DNA from: a secondary endosymbiont of Trabutina mannipara
GTDB lineage: Bacteria; Pseudomonadota; Gammaproteobacteria; Enterobacterales; Enterobacteriaceae
Length of the DNA stretch: 32,000 bases
Assembly (NCBI RefSeq): GCF_900090215.1
Contig: NZ_LT594522.1
Location: 120,001-152,000 of the forward strand
Direction of reading: 5' to 3'
The notes beneath the pieces were generated by a model, which was not told the origin of the DNA, did no database searches, and was given only the letters and a program-made list of their open reading frames with translations. The position numbers were made by a program, and so were the translations under genes. Of this stretch, positions 10,733 through 20,178 are shown piece by piece; the stretch's first letter is position 1, and each line of letters starts with the position of its first letter.

Positions 10733-12382
10733 ATGAATGAAATTGCGAAAAAAATATTGGTAACCTGTGCTTTACCTTATGCTAATGGTTCTATCCATAT
10801 TGGACATATTTTTGAACATATACAAGCTGATATCTGGGTTCGTTATCAGAGAATGCGTGGCAATCAAGTTTATTTTATTTGTGCTGATGACGCTCACGGA
10901 ACACCAATTATGCTTAAAGCACAGCAAATGGGTATTACTCCTGAAGAGATGATTAACGCAATAAACTTAGAGCACAAAAAAGATTTAGCAGACTTTAGTA
11001 TTAGTTATGATAATTACCATTCAACTCATAGCGAAGAGAATTTGCAATTCTCTACACTTATTTATCAGCGACTTAAAAAAAAGAATTTAATTAAATCTAG
11101 ATTTATTTTACAGCTATTTGATATAGAAAAATCTATGTTTTTGCCAGATCGTTTTGTAAAAGGTAGATGTCCAAAATGCAATTCTCCAGATCAATATGGA
11201 GATAACTGTGAGATTTGTGGTGCTACCTATAACTCAATAGAACTTATCAATCCTAAATCTGTAGTTTCCGGTGCCAAACCAGTAATGCGTGAATCAAAAC
11301 ACTTTTTTTTCGATTTACCTGTTTTTAGCAATATGCTAAATACTTGGACTCGTTCAGGAGCTCTTCAAGAGCCAGTAGCCAATAAAGTTCAGGAATGGTT
11401 TGAATCAGGATTACAGCAATGGGATATTTCCCGTGACGCACCATATTTTGGTTTTGAAGTCCCTGATGCTCCTGGAAAATATTTATATGTCTGGTTAGAT
11501 GCCCCTATTGGCTATATGAGTGCTTTTAAAAATTTTTGTAAAAAAAATAAAAATATATGTTTTGATGAATTTTGGAAGGAAGATTCTCAAGCTGAGCTTT
11601 ACCATTTTATTGGTAAAGATATTGTCTATTTTCATAGTTTATTCTGGCCAGCTATATTAGAAGGTAGTAATTTTCGTAAACCAACTAATTTATTAGTACA
11701 CGGATATGTAACTGTAAACGGCTATAAAATGTCAAAATCAAGGGGCACTTTTATCAAAGCTAGCACTTATTTAACATATTTTGATGCAGACTGTCTTCGT
11801 TATTTTTATGCTACTAAAATGTCATCAAATATCAATGACATCGATTTAAATATGAAAGATTTTGTACTACGAGTAAATGCAGATATTGTTAATAAAGTTG
11901 TAAATATTGCATCACGCAATGCTGTATTTATAAATAAATATTTTAACGGACAATTAGCTGCTACTATAGATGACCCGGTACTATATGCGACCTTTGTTAA
12001 TGCAGCAAAATATATTGGTCAAGATTTTAGTAACCGCGAAACTAGCCACGCAATTCGTAAAATTATGAATTTAGCAGATTTGGCTAATCGTTATGTAGAT
12101 AAAAAGGTACCTTGGGTAATAGCGAAACAGAAAGGACGCAATAGAGATCTGCAATCCATATGTTCAATGGGTATTCAATTATTTAGAGTTTTGATGACAT
12201 ATTTGAAGCCAGTACTTCCTTCGTTAGTAACACGAGCAGAATTATTTTTAGCAACTTCCCTGACCTGGGATGCTATTTCTGAACCATTATTGTCACATCG
12301 TATAAATAACTTTAAGAGATTATTTATTCGTATTAAACTAGAACAAGTAGAGGCTATGATTAAAGATTCACAGTTAAAATAA
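10733..12382 (+). CDS. metG: methionyl-tRNA synthetase, short form lacking the C-terminal dimerisation/tRNA-binding domain
   Basis: 549 aa, colinear with E. coli MetRS residues 1 to about 549: [20 protein letters not shown] (HIGH), Zn knuckles [17 protein letters not shown] (KMSKS). It ends at ..[17 protein letters not shown] where E. coli continues for about 128 more residues. Confidence 0.95.
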   Translation: MNEIAKKILVTCALPYANGSIHIGHIFEHIQADIWVRYQRMRGNQVYFICADDAHGTPIMLKAQQMGITPEEMINAINLEHKKDLADFSISYDNYHSTHSEENLQFSTLIYQRLKKKNLIKSRFILQLFDIEKSMFLPDRFVKGRCPKCNSPDQYGDNCEICGATYNSIELINPKSVVSGAKPVMRESKHFFFDLPVFSNMLNTWTRSGALQEPVANKVQEWFESGLQQWDISRDAPYFGFEVPDAPGKYLYVWLDAPIGYMSAFKNFCKKNKNICFDEFWKEDSQAELYHFIGKDIVYFHSLFWPAILEGSNFRKPTNLLVHGYVTVNGYKMSKSRGTFIKASTYLTYFDADCLRYFYATKMSSNINDIDLNMKDFVLRVNADIVNKVVNIASRNAVFINKYFNGQLAATIDDPVLYATFVNAAKYIGQDFSNRETSHAIRKIMNLADLANRYVDKKVPWVIAKQKGRNRDLQSICSMGIQLFRVLMTYLKPVLPSLVTRAELFLATSLTWDAISEPLLSHRINNFKRLFIRIKLEQVEAMIKDSQLK

Positions 12383-12512
12383 ATTTTTAAAATTATCCAT
12401 TTTTACGTTGTGTATTTTAAAATTAGGTTACTATATATTTTAAATTTTTATTTAAATATTATAATATACTTATCAGCATAATATTATGTAATAATATTTT
12501 TTAAATATTTGA

Positions 12513-14948
<2,436 letters not shown>

Positions 14949-15059
14949 TTAATATATAGCATAATCAGTTATTAGCGTATAAAATAAAAAGTAGAAGTAA
15001 TTTACTCTTGTAATGCTTAAAAAATTATTTTAATTAACTTTTAAAGTTTATCTTTAGAT

Positions 15060-15133
15060 GCGTCCGTAGCTCAGTTGGTTAGAGTGTCACCTTGACATGG
15101 TGGTGGTCAGTGGTTCGATTCCACTCGGACGCA
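15060..15133 (+). tRNA. valV: tRNA-Val (anticodon GAC), no genomically encoded CCA
   Basis: Cloverleaf folded by hand: acceptor GCGUCCG/CGGACGC, D-arm GCUC-AGUUGGUUA-GAGU, anticodon arm UCACC-UUGACAU-GGUGG, variable UGGUC, T-arm AGUGG-UUCGAUU-CCACU, discriminator A. Very similar to E. coli valV/valW. The next bases are AGT followed by a T8 run. Confidence 0.93.
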
Positions 15134-15240
15134 AGTTTTTTTTAAAAAAATTAAGTTTATTTTTTGAAGCATAAGCAATATCAATAATAAAAATTGGTTT
15201 TCAAAAATACATTTATATTTTTAGTTGCAGGTACGGTACT

Positions 15241-15262
15241 AGTACTGTTTAAGTACTGTTTA
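15241..15262. repeat. perfect tandem duplication, 11 bp x2 (AGTACTGTTTA)
   Basis: Read directly in the tRNA-Val-pykF spacer. Confidence 0.9.
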
Positions 15263-15312
15263 ATACAAAAATATAGCAAATAAACTTATCACAAATTATA
15301 GAAATTTACATT

Positions 15313-16716
15313 ATGAAAAAAACTAAAATAGTTTGTACTATCGGTCCTAAAACAGACTCTGAAGAAGTATTATCAAGCCTTCTTAACGCAGGGATGAATG
15401 TAATGCGTCTTAATTTTTCTCATGGAAACTATGATGAACACGAGAAAAAAATTAAAAATCTGCGTGCAGTATTAAATAAAACAGCCTTACAGGCTGCTAT
15501 TATGCTTGATACTAAAGGACCTGAAATTCGTACTATGAAGCTAGAAAATGGTAAAGATGTTTCGTTGAGTGCCGGCCAAATATTTACTTTTACTACAGAT
15601 CAAAATGTTATCGGCAATAGTAAGCGTGTAGCAGTAACTTATTCTGGATTTAATCAAGATCTAAAAGTAGGAAATACTGTATTAGTAGATGATGGTCTTT
15701 TATGTATGAACGTTATAGAGATATTGCAGGATCAAGTATTGTGCCAAGTATTAAACAATGGTGATCTTGGTGAAAATAAAGGTATTAATCTTCCTGGTGT
15801 GTCTCTTGCTCTACCAGCATTGTCAGAGAAAGATAAAAGTGACTTAATTTTTGGATGCAAACAAGGAGTAGATTTTATTGCAGCTTCATTTATTCGTAAA
15901 CAATCTGATGTGCGAAAAATTCGTGTACATCTTAAGCAACACGGAGGTGAACATATTCAGATCATATCTAAAATTGAAAACCAAGAAGGTTTAGATAATT
16001 TTGATAAAATTCTTGAAGAATCTGATGGTATAATGGTAGCTCGCGGTGATCTTGGTGTTGAAATTCCAGTTGAAGAAGTTATTTTTGCGCAAAAGATGAT
16101 AATAGCAAAGTGTAATAAGGCACGTAAGGTTGTAATTACTGCAACACAAATGCTTGATTCTATGATTAAAAATCCTCGTCCCACACGAGCAGAAGCTGGT
16201 GACGTTGCTAATGCAATTTTAGATGGCACTGATGCTGTTATGCTCTCTGGAGAAAGTGCAAAAGGAAAATATCCACTTGAATCAGTTACTATTATGGCTA
16301 AAATATGTAATAGAACAGATAGGATGCTATCTAGTCGTATCAATAATATCAGTAAATTGTGTATTACTGAAGCAATTTGCCGTGGAGCTGTTGAAACTGC
16401 AGAAAAACTAGAATCACCGCTTATTGTAGTAGCTACAGAAAGTGGGAAATCTGCTAAATATATACGTCAATATTTTCCCAAATCAGAAATTTTAGCACTA
16501 ACAACTAACACTTTTACAGCCCGTCATTTACTCTTAAGTAAGGGAATTACTTGTAAGCTTATAGATAAAATTAATTCTTCTGATGATTTTTATCGCATAG
16601 GTAAAGCTACAGCGCTAAAAAATAATTTAGCTATTAAAGGAAATATTATCGTTATGGTTTCTGGATCTGGGGTATCAAGTGGTACCACAAACACCTTATC
16701 AGTTCATATTTTATGA
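15313..16716 (+). CDS. pykF: pyruvate kinase I
   Basis: 467 aa, colinear with E. coli PykF (470 aa): [119 protein letters not shown]-terminal SGTTNT.SVH.L. Stop TGA. Confidence 0.96.
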   Translation: MKKTKIVCTIGPKTDSEEVLSSLLNAGMNVMRLNFSHGNYDEHEKKIKNLRAVLNKTALQAAIMLDTKGPEIRTMKLENGKDVSLSAGQIFTFTTDQNVIGNSKRVAVTYSGFNQDLKVGNTVLVDDGLLCMNVIEILQDQVLCQVLNNGDLGENKGINLPGVSLALPALSEKDKSDLIFGCKQGVDFIAASFIRKQSDVRKIRVHLKQHGGEHIQIISKIENQEGLDNFDKILEESDGIMVARGDLGVEIPVEEVIFAQKMIIAKCNKARKVVITATQMLDSMIKNPRPTRAEAGDVANAILDGTDAVMLSGESAKGKYPLESVTIMAKICNRTDRMLSSRINNISKLCITEAICRGAVETAEKLESPLIVVATESGKSAKYIRQYFPKSEILALTTNTFTARHLLLSKGITCKLIDKINSSDDFYRIGKATALKNNLAIKGNIIVMVSGSGVSSGTTNTLSVHIL

Positions 16717-17122
16717 GGAGTGTACACGACGTACTATAGCATCTAACCCATGCGATCGATATGTAGTCAAGTGTTGAGTAAGTTTTAATTTATTAAAATG
16801 TACATCGTAAGAAATAATTTCTGTAATATTTATATTTTGATATAGTATAAATACTATTGCAATAATTCTTTTGACAATGGGGCAGCATCACTGTCTACGT
16901 AAAGTTGAAATTTGCCTTGTGCATTTTTTTTAGAACTATCCATACTTTACATCCATACTTTACTTTGACATCCATTAACAAAATTTTCTGGGGTACGCAT
17001 GCTTTCTGGTAGTTGCGGTAATTTAGATCCTAGTTCAATACTATTGAGATATATCTCTATTACTACAACGTTAAAAATTATGCAGCAATTTTTCTTTATT
17101 AGGTATATGATTTCGATTTCAT
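16711..17122 (-). pseudogene. sufE: sufE relic (cysteine desulfuration protein SufE), multiple stops and frameshifts
   Basis: Hand translation across three minus-strand frames gives IPNKEKLLHNF*, EIYLNSIELGSKLPQLPESMRTPENFVNGCQSKVW, GKFQLYVDSDAAPLSK and IAIVFILYQ..LTQHLTTYRSHGLDAIVRR. These are colinear with E. coli SufE ([94 protein letters not shown]). The relic frame ends 6 nt inside the convergent pykF 3' end. Confidence 0.78.
16938..16963. repeat. perfect tandem duplication, 13 bp x2 (ATCCATACTTTAC) inside the sufE relic
   Basis: Read directly. Deleting one copy restores ..CQSKVWIVLKK.., colinear with E. coli SufE [11 protein letters not shown]. Confidence 0.88.
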
Positions 17123-17684
17123 CTTTAATCGTTCCATTTGCTCAATAAATTTTGATGCATTGTGCGCCGTCTACATAGTCGCATCACTGTACGTAGCTAT
17201 AATTTCAAAGGATTAAAGGTACCAAGTACATTAGATACTTGGGTTATAGCAAAGGTTGCAAATAAACTGGTACGTTTATCAATTTAATACGGCAATTTAG
17301 AAATATCCAGCGTACCATCTGGTAGAAAAGGAATATAGGCAGAGACAACTTTTTTTCTATCAGCTAATATTTTTTCCATGGAACAATATTGGCATGATGC
17401 TCCATTTAGGAAAACAGAATATTATCACCAGCCAGCATATTATATAGTCCCCAACTAGCAACCAGATTAATACACGAAAATAATTTCATCTACAGATTCG
17501 GCGTTAATAAAACGTGCTATCCTATATCGCACTTTTTCCATCTTAAAAGTTGATTCACTGCTTAAAGTATGAATTCCTCGGTTAGGCTTTTGCGCACTAG
17601 CGGCGCTATCCAGATATGTTAGCAATCTATTATTTTTTTACGTTTTAGGATAGGAAAATCAGAACGTATTTTTTCATAATTCAT
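17123..17684 (-). pseudogene. sufS: sufS relic (cysteine desulfurase), N-terminal part only, with stops and frameshifts
   Basis: Minus-strand fragments: [16 protein letters not shown] (E. coli MIFSVDKVRADFPVLSRE), [87 protein letters not shown]. Only about 560 bp of an expected 1.2 kb remain. Everything after about E. coli residue 225, including the PLP-lysine (SGHK) and the catalytic-cysteine loop, is absent. Confidence 0.82.
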
Positions 17685-18106
17685 CTAACTGCTTCCTTTA
17701 AAGCCGCAGCAATACGTGCTTGCACAATATCGTACAGGATAAATTATTTCTGTTACTTCAGCTGCAAAAGCATAAATTATTATTTTTGTGCATTATTTAG
17801 ACCGCGCGAACGGAAATAGAAAATATGTTATCAATGTTATCAAATAGTAGCCCCGTAACTACATTTTACGTCATCGTTATAAATTTCTAACTGAGGTTTA
17901 GTATCTACCTCTGATAAATGGTCTAGAAGAAAATTGTTATTTATTATTTTACTGTCAGTATTTATCTCCTTATTTGCAATTTTAATTAATCCATTGAATA
18001 CTCCTTTGCCAAAGTCGCGTACAATCAATTTATGTATTTGGCGACTAAAACAATAACTCTTATTGTGTTATAAGTGCGGTTATCACTACTGGAGAAGAAG
18101 ACTATT

Positions 18107-18132
18107 AATCACTATATCTAATCACTATATCT
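18107..18132. repeat. perfect tandem duplication, 13 bp x2 (AATCACTATATCT) inside the sufD relic
   Basis: Read directly. With one copy removed the frame reads DGSDIVINSLLL (E. coli NGENSTLRINSLAM). With both copies it reads DGSDIVIRYSD*. Confidence 0.88.
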
Positions 18133-18331
18133 GATCCATCTGTGCGCTAGTTTTATTCCTAGTCAATGCAGCCCCTAATATAAATGTACTACTGCGTACA
18201 ACATACGGACTATGCTTATATCGTTATGGCCAAAAGGGTAGCACTATTTTCACAAGCTAGTTTAATATGACTTAGGGGTGCATTATTGCCAACTTCCATT
18301 GAAGTACGATTACCGCTAATTGGAGGTCTAT

Positions 18332-18355
18332 GCTAACAAAATGGCTAACAAAATG
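18332..18355. repeat. perfect tandem duplication, 12 bp x2 (GCTAACAAAATG) inside the sufD relic
   Basis: Read directly. It encodes HFVS-HFVS on the minus strand, where E. coli SufD has a single VIEHFVS. Confidence 0.9.
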
Positions 18356-18382
18356 TTCAATTACCTGGACTTGTGCACTATC

Positions 18383-18403
18383 TCCAATATCCAATATCAA
18401 TAT
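18383..18403. repeat. 7-bp unit TCCAATA x2 plus a degenerate third copy (TCAATAT)
   Basis: Read directly inside the sufD relic. Confidence 0.7.
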
Positions 18404-18500
18404 TGTTGCGGTAATGTAGCATATTATTTTATTTTTTTTCCTTGACTGATATGTATGTAATAGATATAGCTGTCGTTGCGCTATTTTACCCTTAGTAAAG

Positions 18501-18520
18501 TAAATTTTTGTAAATTTTTG
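18501..18520. repeat. perfect tandem duplication, 10 bp x2 (TAAATTTTTG) inside the sufD relic
   Basis: Read directly; occupies exactly two 10-nt blocks of the sequence listing. Confidence 0.92.
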
Positions 18521-18902
18521 TAGTTTCTTGGCTTAACCTTTCGGTCAAATGTAAAAAAAAATCTGGTTGTATTGGAGCTGGCAGCGATTTTCTAGCAGCA
18601 CCTTTTTCTATTTTCCAGGTATCATTATCACTTAATGATGGATCGTAATGACCATCTACAAAAACTAACCTACAAGCATCAATTTTCAAAATTAAAGCAT
18701 CTATATCTCTATTGGTAATAGAGGCAGCAATAAAATAATAAAATTGTGCGAAAAGAAACCTTCAATCGGGGTATATTTCCAATGTTCGGGTTTACTACAC
18801 GTAGGTAGTCCCAGATATTTTACATTTTTCCAGTGCTAGTAAAAATCAGCAAAGTGCGCTGAACTTTGACTCATGAATAATTGTTGCCACTAAGCTCTTG
18901 AA

Positions 18903-18935
18903 TTATTTTTCTTTGGTAAGCCATCCATAGCCTTT
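18903..18935 (-). pseudogene. sufC: sufC 3'-terminal remnant (last ~11 codons only)
   Basis: Minus-strand AAA GGC TAT GGA TGG CTT ACC AAA GAA AAA TAA translates to [10 protein letters not shown], against the E. coli SufC C-terminus ..EEQGYGWLTEQQ*. It lies 28 nt upstream of the sufD-relic ATG, the expected position. No other SufC-like sequence was seen. Confidence 0.6.
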
Positions 18936-19690
18936 TACTGTGGTCCAATTTTAGCATTTGCACCTGCAACAACGCTCTTTTAGTAACAAAATTAAGAATA
19001 CCGCCCTCTCTTTTATTGCCAGAAAACCAGTTTTGTATCGTAGAATATTTTACTTTAGCATCTTTAAAAACAATAACTTCAACTATAGCAGCATGCAACT
19101 GATAGAACTACCTTCATCAGCAATAATGATAGTGCGTTAAAACTGACCTATGTTAGCAGAATTAATGCGAAAAAAATGAACAAAAAATAATACCTAGCTT
19201 TTCAAGCTTATTGCGATAAGTAGTTGATACTGAAACTGAATCAAAATAGTATCAACAGCAATATTTCTACCTTACGAACTGGTACTCCCAGCTTATTGAA
19301 TGCCTGTTCTACTTTAGAAGTAAGATATTTTTTTACTTTTTTAGTACCAGAAGAATGTTGCACATCTTGCTGTAAATTACAATTATCATCACAAGCACTA
19401 CAAATCTAGTGTAGATGCAGAATAGTAACTATAATCGTTATAGTCGATAGGATTATAATGAGCTTACCAGTGCGGTTCTTCCATTTTTAGCCAAGCAGAA
19501 TAAGCATTTAGAAGAAATTCTATCTGATCTGGTAGCGCGTACTACATCTTCTCTTATACCATGCGCTAATTATTTTGTTGCTAATTTTGTAAAAAAACCT
19601 TCTTTATAAAAACTCTTATTTTTCATCAAGAATTTAGTAGCTTTATTAGTAGCTTTAATAGTTTCAATTTCAAGATAATATCATTATTGA
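18936..19690 (-). pseudogene. sufB: sufB relic (residues ~20-320 equivalent), with stops, frameshifts and internal deletions
   Basis: Minus-strand fragments: YKEGFFTKLAT (YKDGFFTQLAT), GIREDVVRA, IEFLLNAYSAWLKMEEPHW*AHYNPIDYNDYSYYSAS ([39 protein letters not shown]), [80 protein letters not shown] ([37 protein letters not shown]). The 5' boundary is approximate. Confidence 0.82.
19634..19657. repeat. perfect tandem duplication, 12 bp x2 (TTAGTAGCTTTA) in the 5' end of the sufB relic
   Basis: Read directly. Confidence 0.9.
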
Positions 19691-19709
19691 TGATTACCAT
19701 ATTTATCAT

Positions 19710-20087
19710 TTAAATACCAAAACTTTTACCGCAACCACAGGTGGACTTAGCTTTTGGATTATTAAATTTAAATACGTAATTGACACCTTCCTGTATGTAA
19801 TCTAGTACAGTGCCATCAATAAAAGGCATCGCTTTCATTGGCACATATAGTCTAGCACCATCATGCTCATAAACTATATCACTGCTATTAATTTGCGTAA
19901 CTTTTTCCATAAAATATACGAGACCAGCACATCCAGATTTTTTAATACTAAAACGTAAACCAAGCATATTTGGATCAGCTTCTATTAATTTATTAATTTG
20001 ACGTATAGCAGACTTTGTTAAAGTTACTCCTATCAAGATCTTTTTTTCAAGAGAAAATATTTTCATCTTATTATCATTTAATTGCAT
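19710..20087 (-). CDS. sufA: Fe-S cluster A-type carrier SufA
   Basis: Uninterrupted 125-codon ORF colinear with E. coli SufA: G.R..VK..GCAG, EHDGA.L.VP..AMPFIDGT..D...EG.N..FKF.NPKA...CGCG.SFG. All three carrier cysteines are present. Named sufA rather than iscA/erpA because it heads the suf relics in E. coli operon order. AGGT lies 8 nt upstream of the ATG. Confidence 0.85.
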   Translation of the reverse strand: MQLNDNKMKIFSLEKKILIGVTLTKSAIRQINKLIEADPNMLGLRFSIKKSGCAGLVYFMEKVTQINSSDIVYEHDGARLYVPMKAMPFIDGTVLDYIQEGVNYVFKFNNPKAKSTCGCGKSFGI

Positions 20088-20178
20088 GATTGTTACCTAA
20101 TAACGTTACAATAATTGTAATAGTATTATACTATTATCTTTTATTTTAAAATTACCAAATTATGATAATTTTAATTGA

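Larger units (their letters stand above)
17685..18874 (-). pseudogene. sufD: sufD relic, near full length, more than 10 stops/frameshifts
   Basis: Minus-strand fragments are colinear with the whole of E. coli SufD: YLGLPTCSKPEHWKYTPIEG (TGLPTRKHENWKYTPLEG), CRLVFVDGHYDPSLSD (VRLVFVDGRYVPALSD), FFLHLTERLSQ, VIEHFVS, EVGNNAPLSHIKLACEN (INVAANAHLQHIKLAFEN), SRQIHKLIVRDFGKGVFNGLIKIANKEINTDSKIINNNFLLDHLSEVDTKPQLEIYNDDVKCSYGAT, IFYFRSRGLN, IIIYAFAAEVTE. ORF-track ORFs 17840..18028 and 18492..18689 are pieces of it. Confidence 0.88.

Noticed and set aside
15957-16343. Long antisense ORFs inside conserved genes: 128 aa in pykF, 101 aa at 7668..7973 in cydC, 99 aa at 13433..13732 in gyrB, 90 aa at 9928..10200 in rpsA, and others in the track.
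   Set aside because: All lie wholly within strongly conserved sense genes, mostly in their most conserved and least A/T-rich segments. Their composition is low-complexity Ser/Ile/Leu-rich, with no start context or recognisable motif. These are typical shadow ORFs.
17840-19098. ORF-track ORFs 17840..18028, 18492..18689 and 18871..19098 (plus the + strand ORFs 18958..19140 and 19224..19409), considered as small independent genes.
   Set aside because: The three minus-strand ORFs are fragments of the SufD and SufB relics; the last is a chimera with the sufC tail. The + strand ORFs are antisense shadows within the same relics.
16717-19709. A 3-kb ORF desert between pykF and sufA, considered as a candidate novel non-coding locus or hidden system.
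   Set aside because: Hand translation in shifting minus-strand frames accounts for essentially all of it as sufE, sufS, sufD, sufC-tail and sufB relics in E. coli order. Nothing is left over that needs another explanation.
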